A stretch of DNA of 64,000 nt from an uncultured Porphyromonadaceae bacterium (GTDB lineage Bacteria > Bacteroidota > Bacteroidia > Bacteroidales > Muribaculaceae): NCBI GenBank assembly GCA_947174305.1, contig CAMWIH010000001.1:23999-87998 (forward strand), written 5' to 3'. The notes below the pieces were generated by a model. That model saw only the letters and a program-made list of their open reading frames with translations, did no database searches and had not been told where the DNA came from. A program made the translations under genes and the position numbers. Of this stretch, positions 7,263 to 16,595 are shown piece after piece; position 1 is the first letter of the stretch, and every line of letters starts with the position of its first letter.

Positions 7263-9116
7263 TTAATCCTCCATAAATTTTTTAACACCATCTACAATCT
7301 CTTTCACGAGGAAGGGCTGACCCTCCACTTTATTGATGCGAAGAATCTCTTTGCCCGGGAGATGCATCTGCAGGTAGTCGGCAAACATACCGGTGTTCAG
7401 CTCCGCAACGATTATGCGCTTGTAGCCTTTGAGGGTCTCGATTGCATTGGCAGGGAGCGGGTTGATATATTTGAACTGATAGAATGCCACTTTCTTCCCT
7501 TCGGCATTGAGCTGGGTGGCGGCGGTGCGGAGATGTCCGTATGTTCCGCCCCATCCAATGAGGATAGTGTCGGGATTCTCTTCGTTGAACAAGGGTTCCA
7601 TGAGAGGGATATCGTTGGCGATTGCTGCCACTTTCTTACGTCGGGCATCAACCATCTTCTGGTGGTTGGGGCCATCTGTGGAGATTACCGACGTATTGAA
7701 ATCCTTTTCAAGACCACCCACACGGTGCATGGCCCCCTCTGTTCCGGGCACGGCCCAGAAGCGTGAGAAGTCTTCGCCTGTGCGGTCGTAGGGTTTCCAA
7801 CCGGCTTTGATCTGCTCTTCCGATACGAAGCGCGGGGTGATTTCGGGATAGTCTTTATCTTCCGGCACTCTCCAGGCAGAAGATCCGTTGGCGATGAAGG
7901 CATCTGTAAGAAGGATGACGGGTGTCATGTGCTCGACCGCTATCTTGGCGGCGTTGAAAGCCATGTCGAAGCAGTCGGTGGGGCTGGTGGCAGCTACCAC
8001 ACAGAGAGGTGATTCACCGTTGCGGCCGTAGAGAGCCTGCATAAGGTCGGTCTGCTCTGTTTTGGTGGGAAGACCGGTAGAGGGCCCGCCACGCTGAACA
8101 TCCACTACAACCAAAGGCAGCTCAGCCATTACGGCAAGTCCGATTCCTTCTGATTTGAGTGAGAGACCGGGGCCTGAAGTCGAAGTGACAGCCAGGCGGC
8201 CGGCGTAGGAAGCTCCGATTGCCGAGCATACACCTGCAATCTCATCTTCCATCTGGATAGCCTTCACTCCGAGATCCTTGCGTTTTGCAAGTTCGTGGAG
8301 AATATCGGTTGCGGGGGTGATAGGATATGAACCTAAGAAGAGGGGACGACCGCTCTTTTCGGAAGCCATGATCAGACCCCAGGCAGTTGCTGTGTTGCCT
8401 GTGATGTCGATATATGTTCCGGGAGCTGATTCCGAGGTCTCTATGCGATATACAGGCATGGAGCTGTGGGTGTTGTGTCCGTAATCCCATCCGGCCTGGA
8501 CCACCTTGGCGTTAGCCTCATACACTGCGGGTTTCTTGGCGAATTTGGCTTGAAGTTTCTTCAGCACGCTTTCAACCGGACGGTCGAACAACCAGCAAAT
8601 CACACCGAGAGCAAGCATGTTCTTGCATTTCATCATTGCTTTCTGGTCGAGACCTGAATCGGCCAGTGTGTGCTTCAGGAGTGTGGCCATCGGCACAAGC
8701 AGAATGCGGTCGGGATTGATGCCTAACTCCTCTATGGGATTTTCTGTGGCATATTCCGCCTTTTTCAGATTAGCAGGGGTAAATGATTCTTCATCACAGA
8801 TGATTATTCCGTCAGGACGGAGATACTTGAGGTTGGTTTTCAGAGCCGCGGGGTTCATGGCTACCAGCACATCAGCCGCATCTCCGGGAGTATGCACCTC
8901 CTTACCAACGCTTACCTGATATCCTGACACTCCGCTGAGCGAACCCTGCGGGGCGCGAATTTCCGCCGGATAGTCGGGGAATGTGGATATCTCGTTCCCT
9001 TCTCCTGCCGAAATATTAGAGAAAATATTTCCGGCAAGCTGCATTCCGTCGCCGGAGTCGCCGGCGAATCGGATAACCACTCTGTCGATGGTCTTGACAT
9101 TCGTTTCTTTTGACAT
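7263..9116 (-). CDS. 2-oxoacid:acceptor oxidoreductase alpha subunit (KorA-like, gamma-alpha fusion)
   Basis: 617 aa; AGDSGDGMQL, YPITPAT, EDEIAG, TSGPGLSL and QRGGPSTGLPTK. Confidence 0.93.
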   Translation of the reverse strand: MSKETNVKTIDRVVIRFAGDSGDGMQLAGNIFSNISAGEGNEISTFPDYPAEIRAPQGSLSGVSGYQVSVGKEVHTPGDAADVLVAMNPAALKTNLKYLRPDGIIICDEESFTPANLKKAEYATENPIEELGINPDRILLVPMATLLKHTLADSGLDQKAMMKCKNMLALGVICWLFDRPVESVLKKLQAKFAKKPAVYEANAKVVQAGWDYGHNTHSSMPVYRIETSESAPGTYIDITGNTATAWGLIMASEKSGRPLFLGSYPITPATDILHELAKRKDLGVKAIQMEDEIAGVCSAIGASYAGRLAVTSTSGPGLSLKSEGIGLAVMAELPLVVVDVQRGGPSTGLPTKTEQTDLMQALYGRNGESPLCVVAATSPTDCFDMAFNAAKIAVEHMTPVILLTDAFIANGSSAWRVPEDKDYPEITPRFVSEEQIKAGWKPYDRTGEDFSRFWAVPGTEGAMHRVGGLEKDFNTSVISTDGPNHQKMVDARRKKVAAIANDIPLMEPLFNEENPDTILIGWGGTYGHLRTAATQLNAEGKKVAFYQFKYINPLPANAIETLKGYKRIIVAELNTGMFADYLQMHLPGKEILRINKVEGQPFLVKEIVDGVKKFMED

Positions 9117-9198
9117 AACGAATAGTTTTGATAGATAAAATTGTGGAACTTCCGGCCTCTGCCGGAGCGCAAGACACCCCGAAGGGTCTTGTCTTACG

Positions 9199-9206
9199 CA
9201 AAATTA
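9199..9206 (-). promoter_or_regulatory. -7 promoter box for the oxidoreductase operon
   Basis: TAATTTTG on the minus strand. Confidence 0.6.
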
Positions 9207-9239
9207 ATTAATCTTTTTAAGATATACAAAGATTTAAGG

Positions 9240-11039
9240 TTATTTGGATATCAGTATCTTGACGGCTTTACCCTTTGCCGAACGAGCAATATATATGCCC
9301 GGCTCGAGGGGGTTGCCTTCCAACTGACGGCCGTTGAGTTCGTAAAGAGACCAGCCCTGAGGGAGGTGGATGGTGTTGCCATCTATGGCAATGCAACCCT
9401 CGTCGTCACCATCCACATTATCAATCACGGAAGCAATGTCCAGGAAGGATGAGAAACGTGCCAGCTTCACGGGGGTCTGGTTTGAGCTGTAGTTGGTGAA
9501 GCGAGGTTGGGTGGCATTATACTGTAATGTCTTCCCTCCATCGAAGGTGATAAGGGCAGTGCCATCATCATTGATTTTGACTTCAGTGCTTGTCCCTGTA
9601 TTAGATTTAAGTGTATTCTTGTTTCCTGATCCTCCCACATTCCAGAATCCCTTAGATTTGTTGTTTAGGGCATCCAGAACCTCCAAGAGATATTTCCCTC
9701 CTTCGCTCTGCTTGAAGCGGATTATGGAAGCCTCCATAGGGAGATAGGTTATATCCTCTCCTTTGAAATTGACTTCTCCTGCATCAGGCATAAAACTTGA
9801 AGAAGAGGTTCCTCCGTTATGTCCCATTATATGACCGTTGGTGGAGGAATAGAGGATGTATAAGGTTTCGGGTGTGAGGATTAACTCTGAATCGGAGGTA
9901 ACGGGGGTATAGATTGCTTCGGTGTAATCATCAATCTGAGGGTCCCGTCCGGTTAGGGTGAGATAAGCAGTGGAGCTTCTTAAAGTTAAGCCATTGCTCT
10001 CTGCTTCGGTGTAGGCAGATAACGACAGCGTGGCTCCATGACTCGATGCGGAAGGAATCTCAACTCCCGGACCATATTGCTGGTAATCTCCACCGTTGAT
10101 GCTTACCCATAGGTCGCCATCTTCGTGAGCGATTCCTACAACCTCACCATTCCACCAACGCGATGAGTATGTATTCACTGCAGTGAGGCGGCGTGATGTA
10201 AATACCGGTTCAGCCGGGCGGTCGATTGCTTCGGCCTGCTTGCCGGGAGTGAAAGCCACATCCTTCTTGCCACCCCATATATGCTCGATAAGCTCCGGAT
10301 AATCTATGAATGGATTGCGGTTTTTCTGAATCTTGAATATCTCCTCGTTGCGTTTTATCTCCTTGGAGTCAACGGGGTCGTTGGCAGCCCAGCGGCAGAG
10401 CAAATCCACAGCCCACGGCTCTAATGTGGCCACTGCGTCATATTTGTACATGGGCTGGTCAGTTTTCCAATTCTCCCCATCATATACGGTGAAGATATAG
10501 AAATATGCTCGGGCGAAGTCCCCTTTATATTCGTCAGCCGGTTCAAATACCTTTGAAGCAGAGCCGGCGGTTCCTGCTTTTGGTGCTCCTATCTTTACAA
10601 GTTCATTTTGCCATGCAATAGTAGCAACCTCTCCTAATGGGAGGTTGTCTTTCTTATTGTTTGCGGCCTCGTTTGATGGATTAAGATGGATAAGGTCGGC
10701 GTAAGCATCCTTAGCATCTTTAGCTCCAAACCATGAATTTGCTACGGAATGCTCAATATTGAGACCCCTGTGAGTTTCGGTAGGAACCATATTGTTGCTA
10801 TACATATCCCACCAAATAGTCACGCCATTGATAATTCGTACATCGGTATTTCGGAATGCTTCCCAAGTGTCATCTCCATATCTAACCCTACTAAACTCTT
10901 CGGGGAATGCCACAGCTTTCACGGCGGTTTTCAATTCCTCACCCTTTTTACCGGATAAAGAATCATAATAACCCGCTGGGATTTCAGCCTGTGCAAATAT
11001 TGCGGTGACAATAGAGGCTGCGAATATAAATTTTTTCAT
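9240..11039 (-). CDS. Secreted endonuclease I family DNase with putative T9SS C-terminal domain
   Basis: Signal peptide; PAGYYDSLSGK, NIEHSVANSW, DLIHLNPS, YKGDFARAYFY and NRNPFIDYP; C-terminal YELNGRQ..PGIYI..KILI. Confidence 0.85.
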   Translation of the reverse strand: MKKFIFAASIVTAIFAQAEIPAGYYDSLSGKKGEELKTAVKAVAFPEEFSRVRYGDDTWEAFRNTDVRIINGVTIWWDMYSNNMVPTETHRGLNIEHSVANSWFGAKDAKDAYADLIHLNPSNEAANNKKDNLPLGEVATIAWQNELVKIGAPKAGTAGSASKVFEPADEYKGDFARAYFYIFTVYDGENWKTDQPMYKYDAVATLEPWAVDLLCRWAANDPVDSKEIKRNEEIFKIQKNRNPFIDYPELIEHIWGGKKDVAFTPGKQAEAIDRPAEPVFTSRRLTAVNTYSSRWWNGEVVGIAHEDGDLWVSINGGDYQQYGPGVEIPSASSHGATLSLSAYTEAESNGLTLRSSTAYLTLTGRDPQIDDYTEAIYTPVTSDSELILTPETLYILYSSTNGHIMGHNGGTSSSSFMPDAGEVNFKGEDITYLPMEASIIRFKQSEGGKYLLEVLDALNNKSKGFWNVGGSGNKNTLKSNTGTSTEVKINDDGTALITFDGGKTLQYNATQPRFTNYSSNQTPVKLARFSSFLDIASVIDNVDGDDEGCIAIDGNTIHLPQGWSLYELNGRQLEGNPLEPGIYIARSAKGKAVKILISK

Positions 11040-11077
11040 TTTATCGTTTTTGTTAGGTTATAGAAAATGTAGTGTTA

Positions 11078-12688
11078 TCAGAATCCCACCATAGCTTTCA
11101 CTGTTTTGCTCCTTTCAGGTGAGACAACGATATAGATTCCTTTCTCAAGGTTCTCGCCATTCACTGCACGGCCGTTTAGGTCGAAGATAACACTGCCCTC
11201 GGGAGCGATGATGCTGTTACCCTTTATGATTACACGGAATCGTCCGGTCTCCACCGGCAAGATGGTTGAAGCAATCTCTTTGGGATTGAAGCGATAGAGT
11301 GCCACATCCTCCTGTCCGCTTGTATAAGTGCGGAACATTTTTCCATTATCATTTTTGTTATATTTCAGGTAACCACCCGCTCCGTAGTTGATTGTAGTCA
11401 CTCCTGAGTTTACGCTGATAGATGCATGGGTACCCGCATCAGTAGCCAAAGGAACAATATTGAGCGTCTTTGCAGAGGCAGAGGCAAGATACCCTAAATT
11501 CTTGCCTTTGATATCGGAAAGATGGAGAAGATATCCGTTACTATCTGCTTCTAAAGTTATGATAGCGGTTTCATCGGGAACATTCTCAATTGTATTGTCT
11601 GTAATTGAGATTTGGTCGGTCTGTAATAGGCTGCTGTTTTTATTACCCGGATTGATTGACATGGCTACAGATGCATCCGGGGAAATAATTATATACTGCT
11701 CTCCTATCTGGAGGTCAGCTGAATTATTCACGAGTATGTATTTCCCTTCCTTATCGCTTGAATCATAGCCGGGATTGGGATCGTCCGGGGTCGGGTCATC
11801 CGGATCGGGATCATCACCCGGATCAGGAGTCGGATCAGGTGTGTGTGAACCCTCAAGATGGTATGCCTCATTCTTTTTGGAACCCCAGATGTAATCTGCA
11901 AGGTCGGGAAGGTCAATGAAAGGGTTGCGGTTTCCCTGCTCCTTCTGTATTCCGTTATTACGGTTGACCTCCTTTTCGCTCACAGGGTCATTCGCATTCC
12001 ATGCGAGCATCATATTGTAGGCCCAGGGTTGAAGCTCCGCTTTCCCTCCGGAGTAATCATACATTCTCCCCTTGCCGTCAGTGCCATTGGAGGAAGCTTC
12101 CTTCCAGGTGATATCGTCGTATGCTACGAACATATACATGAACACGCGTGCGAAATCACCCTTATACATATCGTGAGGTTCATACACCATGGTGCATCCG
12201 CCGCCCTGTCCGCTGACAGGATGGCCAATGAAAGTTATGCCGTTATTCCAGGTCGAAGCCCCGCTGATTTCACCGATCGGATAGTTCCCTTTGCGGCTGT
12301 TTGCATCTGAGTTAGAGGGATTCAGATGCACTATATCTTTATAGGCATCATTTTTGGTTCCTCCCCACCAGGAATTGGCCACGGAGTGTTCTATATTCAT
12401 CCCCGGATGGCCGGAGGAGACAGCCACATTATTTGAGCTGTACATATCCCACCAGCAGTCTTTACCGTCGATATTGCGTACGTCTGTTGACTTGAAGGCA
12501 TCCCAAGTGGCATCGCCATAGCTGATGGAGTGGTGTCCTTTCTTTGCGATTGCTTTTACGGCGTTTTTAAGGGATGCTCCGCTCTTCCCTTCGAGGGAAT
12601 CATAATAGCCGGCAGGAGCCTGCGCCATTATGCTGAAAGCGGAAATAAGTAAAGTTCCGACAAGAAAGAATCTGTTTATTATATTCAC
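11078..12688 (-). CDS. Secreted endonuclease I family DNase (paralogue) with Pro/Asp linker and putative T9SS C-terminal domain
   Basis: Signal peptide; the same catalytic motifs (NIEHSVANSW, KGDFARVFMY, NRNPFIDLP); PDPTPDPGDDPDPDDP linker; FDLNGR..KGIYIV tail. Confidence 0.85.
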   Translation of the reverse strand: MNIINRFFLVGTLLISAFSIMAQAPAGYYDSLEGKSGASLKNAVKAIAKKGHHSISYGDATWDAFKSTDVRNIDGKDCWWDMYSSNNVAVSSGHPGMNIEHSVANSWWGGTKNDAYKDIVHLNPSNSDANSRKGNYPIGEISGASTWNNGITFIGHPVSGQGGGCTMVYEPHDMYKGDFARVFMYMFVAYDDITWKEASSNGTDGKGRMYDYSGGKAELQPWAYNMMLAWNANDPVSEKEVNRNNGIQKEQGNRNPFIDLPDLADYIWGSKKNEAYHLEGSHTPDPTPDPGDDPDPDDPTPDDPNPGYDSSDKEGKYILVNNSADLQIGEQYIIISPDASVAMSINPGNKNSSLLQTDQISITDNTIENVPDETAIITLEADSNGYLLHLSDIKGKNLGYLASASAKTLNIVPLATDAGTHASISVNSGVTTINYGAGGYLKYNKNDNGKMFRTYTSGQEDVALYRFNPKEIASTILPVETGRFRVIIKGNSIIAPEGSVIFDLNGRAVNGENLEKGIYIVVSPERSKTVKAMVGF

Positions 12689-12780
12689 GATGATTGAGTC
12701 TTTTTGGTTAGCCCTCCTTCTCGGTGTCCATTTTATGACACTTCTGTTTGAAGCAGGTTTGAATGGTAGGTTTACGGCTT

Positions 12781-12788
12781 CAAATTTA
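12781..12788 (-). promoter_or_regulatory. -7 promoter box for the endonuclease pair
   Basis: TAAATTTG on the minus strand, upstream of 12688. Confidence 0.5.
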
Positions 12789-12829
12789 GCTAAATTTTAT
12801 GGAATTTTGCAAGTTTGAACAGTAAATTA

Positions 12830-13768
12830 TTATATGTTTTCACCGATATTTCTTTTCAATCCGTTAAGTTTGCACCTTTTTATTGGGGAACCTTTGAAAA
12901 TGCGTGAAAAATCTTCCTGCTCCATCCTCCTCACCTTCTCCTTGGTCAGCTCCATCACCTCTTTTGAGGAGCGAAATTCCTGAATTGTTGTGGATGGGAT
13001 GGAATGGTTCAGTGGGCAGTTCCTTAGGCAAAGGTCGCAACCGAATATAATGTTTTTACCGACGTCTGTATTCATTGCTTCGATTGCTTCCTGCTCCCTC
13101 CAGTCCCCCCGATGCTCAATTGTGAGATAGCTCAGGCATCGGGATGACTCTACGGTGCCATCAGGATGCAGTGCACTTGCCGGACATTCGCTGATGCATC
13201 TACCGCAATTGAGACAGCGCCGGGAATCGATATCAAGTTTAGCAGGATTGCCTGTGTGACCCACATCAAGGGTGGTGACTATTTCCGCCAAGAACACCAT
13301 ATTTCCGTGCCCCGGAACAATGACGGCTCCATTAGCTCCAATCTCTCCTATCCCGGCCTTTACAGCCCAATAGCGTTCCATTATAGGAGCTGAGTCAACA
13401 CATATCCTGTATTCCCCTCCAAAAGATTCCCGCATCTCCTCCACGGCCCGGTTAAGGCGTTTCCTTATCACATCATGATAATCGAGCCCGTAGGCATAGC
13501 AGGCTATCATACCCTTATCCTGTTTCCTGAATTGTGCCGGCTTGAATGGAAATGCCAGGGATATTATGTTTTTTGCTCCATCCAACAGGAGTCGCGGGTC
13601 ACGTCGTATTGTGCTATGGTTCTCCATATAAGACATGCCGGCGTGCCCTCTCCTGTTCAACCAGTCAAGGAAACTATTCCACACACACTCCTCCACCTGA
13701 GCCGCCTTGGCAAATCCTACGGCCACAGCACCACTTTGTTTCAATATGGCGGAAATCTCCCCAATCAT
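12830..13768 (-). CDS. queG: Epoxyqueuosine reductase
   Basis: YAYGLDYH, VDSAPIMERYWA, 4Fe-4S motifs CLNCGRCISECP and GCDLCLRNCP, and RCLSYLTIEH. Confidence 0.9.
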   Translation of the reverse strand: MIGEISAILKQSGAVAVGFAKAAQVEECVWNSFLDWLNRRGHAGMSYMENHSTIRRDPRLLLDGAKNIISLAFPFKPAQFRKQDKGMIACYAYGLDYHDVIRKRLNRAVEEMRESFGGEYRICVDSAPIMERYWAVKAGIGEIGANGAVIVPGHGNMVFLAEIVTTLDVGHTGNPAKLDIDSRRCLNCGRCISECPASALHPDGTVESSRCLSYLTIEHRGDWREQEAIEAMNTDVGKNIIFGCDLCLRNCPLNHSIPSTTIQEFRSSKEVMELTKEKVRRMEQEDFSRIFKGSPIKRCKLNGLKRNIGENI

Positions 13769-14442
13769 CCCTTTCTTCCGAAATCGGCCGGCACTTCTCC
13801 CCAGCGGTCAGTTTCCCACTTCAGTATCTTGGGATATTCTGTAGCCGGATGACTGTTAAGCCACGACAGGGCGCGCTCCATCATTCGGAAACATTTCTCA
13901 TTTTTTGAATTGCGCGTGAGCTGGGTCTTCACCTTCCTGTTTCTCACCCACGCCATTCCGGTTTTTGAGTCGCTATAGATGGTGTGACGTTCGCCGCTTT
14001 GATTCTGCAAGGCCAAAGCATGGACAATAGCTAAAAATTCCCCAATATTGTTGGTGGATTGCTCGAAGGGACCAACGCGGAAAATCTCTTTTCCTGTCAT
14101 AAGCTCCACTCCCCGATATTCCATTTTTCCGGGATTTCCCAGACAGGAGGCGTCAACCGCCCAGCCGTTGAGGTCGATTTCCTGAAACTGGAAATAGTCA
14201 GGCTGCCCGGCTTTCGGAAGATTGTGTTCGGAGGCACCGACAAGGAGTCCGCTCAATTCAGAGCGATCCTGCCTGCTCTCCCCTTTTCGGAAAGCGGCGG
14301 CCGCTTCGGCTGAGGTGGCATAGCTTTTGAACATGGCTCCAGGATAATCATCCACCTGTGCCATCGCGTCGTTGAAGTCGTCATACACTCCCGGCTCCCG
14401 GCCTTTCCAGACCACATAAAATCGCTTACTGTAATTTTTCAT
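13765..14442 (-). CDS. rnhA: Ribonuclease HI with N-terminal hybrid-binding (viroplasmin) domain
   Basis: FYVVWKGREPGVY N-terminal domain; AVDASC, TNNIGEFLAIVHAL, IYSDS and WGEVPADFGRK. The ATG at 14442 is preferred over the TTG at 14457. Confidence 0.9.
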   Translation of the reverse strand: MKNYSKRFYVVWKGREPGVYDDFNDAMAQVDDYPGAMFKSYATSAEAAAAFRKGESRQDRSELSGLLVGASEHNLPKAGQPDYFQFQEIDLNGWAVDASCLGNPGKMEYRGVELMTGKEIFRVGPFEQSTNNIGEFLAIVHALALQNQSGERHTIYSDSKTGMAWVRNRKVKTQLTRNSKNEKCFRMMERALSWLNSHPATEYPKILKWETDRWGEVPADFGRKG

Positions 14443-14503
14443 TGAAGATTTATCCAAAAAGGATTAATTCAGAGATTATTAATTCAGATATTGTGGTGGT
14501 AAA

Positions 14504-15562
14504 TTACTTCCGGGGAAGTGTCTCCTCCCGATATAGATAATAATGACGAAGCTGTTCAAATTCATCCGGATTATTTCTCAGAGCGCGCTCGTCATGAAAG
14601 GGATTGTATGATGAGGTGATATCCTCTGCTTTCAGATCAAGAGGGGGTAGGTAGTTTCCCGATAAGCCTGAAGTGTCGCCCTCTATCCCGAAAAATTGGT
14701 TCACTGCCTCTATAGCCATCCGGGTTGCCCGTTCCTTCCCCTGCCGGGAGTAACCTGCAATATGTGGAGTGGCAATTGTGGGTAGATATAGAAGTTCCTT
14801 ATCTATTTCAGGTTCCCCTTCCCATGTGTCGAGCACTGCCCTTATCTTTTTCTCCTTCAGAAATTTCTTTAGGGCTATAGAGTCAGTGACCGGTCCGCGC
14901 GCCGCATTCACGAGTATGGCTCCCGGTTTCATCATTTTCAGTTCCTCCTCCCCGATGAGATGAAATGTGGCATCCCGGCCCTCTTTGGTGAGCGGGGTGT
15001 GAAGCGTCACCACGTCACATTCTTCGAGAATCTCTTTCAATGCCGCTTCCCTTATGAAGCCGGGAGAAGTATGGTCAGGAATAATCAGGCTCCTCCCCTC
15101 TTCTTGAGCTTTCCGGGATTTGGGGGGGTCGGAAACTAACACTTCCGTTCCCAAAAGCCTTCCCCAATCTGCAACTATGCTTCCAACATTACCATATCCG
15201 ATTACGCCCAATCTATCCTTGCCGGGTCTGAATCCCATCCTTAATATCGAACTCCACACATATTGCGCCACCCCCGGTGCATTACACCCCGGACTGTTCC
15301 TGACGGCAATCCCTTTTCCATGGCAATAATCAAGGTCGATATGATCGGTGCCTATGGTTGCCGTTACAACAAGGCTGACTGCGGAATCTTTCAACAGCGA
15401 CTCATTGCAGCTTGTCCGGGTTCTCACTATCAGTGCGTCGGCATCTTTTACCGTGGCATCTGTGAAAAGGTTCTGGTCGAGATATTCCACATCTGCAACT
15501 TTTTCGAGCCTCCCCTTGATATAAGGTATATTCTCGTCAATCTTTATCTTAGGTCTTTTCAT
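14504..15562 (-). CDS. pdxB: Erythronate-4-phosphate dehydrogenase
   Basis: DENIPY, ALIVRTRT, TATIGTDHID, PGCNA, GYGNVG, LDTWEGEP and TPHIAGYS. Confidence 0.9.
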   Translation of the reverse strand: MKRPKIKIDENIPYIKGRLEKVADVEYLDQNLFTDATVKDADALIVRTRTSCNESLLKDSAVSLVVTATIGTDHIDLDYCHGKGIAVRNSPGCNAPGVAQYVWSSILRMGFRPGKDRLGVIGYGNVGSIVADWGRLLGTEVLVSDPPKSRKAQEEGRSLIIPDHTSPGFIREAALKEILEECDVVTLHTPLTKEGRDATFHLIGEEELKMMKPGAILVNAARGPVTDSIALKKFLKEKKIRAVLDTWEGEPEIDKELLYLPTIATPHIAGYSRQGKERATRMAIEAVNQFFGIEGDTSGLSGNYLPPLDLKAEDITSSYNPFHDERALRNNPDEFEQLRHYYLYREETLPRK

Positions 15563-15615
15563 CGGAATGGATAAGCTTGTTGGCTAATAGCCCTTATCAT
15601 AAGGTCATGAGTTTA

Positions 15616-16581
15616 TCATAAGGTCATTATGAGGAAGAGGACAACATATATTAACGTGAGTATGCCGAGCCACAGGTTTGGCTTCCTTATATTCCACAAG
15701 GCAAATGTGTTGGCAATCTGCACGGCGGCCGTCAGGTAGAATGAGGCAAGGTAGGTGGGAAGGTTATTGAAGTCAACAACGATTCCAGCCACGCATATCA
15801 GACCTATCACGGCAACGGCATTATTGTAGAGCCTTCTCTGTGTGTTGCCGGCATATAGCTTCACAGCATTATTTAGAGCCATTAGAATGGCTAACAAAGC
15901 TGTTAATCCTATGCTTATCCCCCCGACCAGCCTGTCGTTGGCCGAGGCCATGCTGTCGAAAAGGTTTGAGAATTGCGGCAGATGGAAAGAATCGAGCGGC
16001 ACGAGCCCCATTCCTACTGCTATCCAGTAGGGCGCGCATATCCCCATGAGGAAAGAGAATAATTCCCGCAGATGGAAACACTTCATCATGAGGGCTATAA
16101 GAATATAGCCCGGCATAAGGAAAATGAAAGCATACTGGAACATGCTTCCCAACGAAAGCATTGTGGCTACTATGAAGATCTCCTGAGTGGCATTGCGTGC
16201 CTTATAGCAACTGAAGATTGTGGATAGGCAGAGGAGGTTGATTGCCACCATAAGGGAGGAAGACCCGAGCGGGCCGTCGGCCCATGGGTTGCTCGCCGTC
16301 AGCACAAGGAACATTGCCGGTAACACCATATCGGCTGTCTGAATCACTGAATAGCTCTTGTTGAAGAAATGCAGTGCTATGCCGCAACCCAATATCAGGA
16401 CGAGATTTATTCCCCACGACCAGAGTTCGGGAATCGGCCATAGGTTTGGCGACGGCAGGCAGACTCCGAGATTTGAGGTGATTGCCGATGGGCTGCCCGC
16501 AAAATAATATATAACTGAAAGGGCTATGGCTAAAACCACAGCCCCTAAAAATCCCTCTGTTCCTATTGTCTTATGCTTCAT
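15616..16581 (-). CDS. Polytopic membrane protein of unknown function (possibly DUF6427-like)
   Basis: 321 aa with about 9-10 hydrophobic segments; co-oriented with its neighbours. Confidence 0.65.
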   Translation of the reverse strand: MKHKTIGTEGFLGAVVLAIALSVIYYFAGSPSAITSNLGVCLPSPNLWPIPELWSWGINLVLILGCGIALHFFNKSYSVIQTADMVLPAMFLVLTASNPWADGPLGSSSLMVAINLLCLSTIFSCYKARNATQEIFIVATMLSLGSMFQYAFIFLMPGYILIALMMKCFHLRELFSFLMGICAPYWIAVGMGLVPLDSFHLPQFSNLFDSMASANDRLVGGISIGLTALLAILMALNNAVKLYAGNTQRRLYNNAVAVIGLICVAGIVVDFNNLPTYLASFYLTAAVQIANTFALWNIRKPNLWLGILTLIYVVLFLIMTL

Positions 16582-16595
16582 TGGCTGTTCCTGCT

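Noticed and set aside
6909-7766. Long antisense ORFs (e.g. 6909-7766, 1770-2384, 28813-29448, 45949-46593, 52327-53058, 56966-57574)
   Set aside because: They lie opposite well-conserved genes, have no recognisable motifs, and are expected shadows of codon bias.
14462-14492. Short direct repeats (ATTAATTCAGA x2; also TTATCATAAGGTCAT x2 near 15594-15628 and TTTACAGCCGG x2 near 5701-5727)
   Set aside because: Two-copy micro-duplications are compatible with simple slippage, and there is no further support for function.
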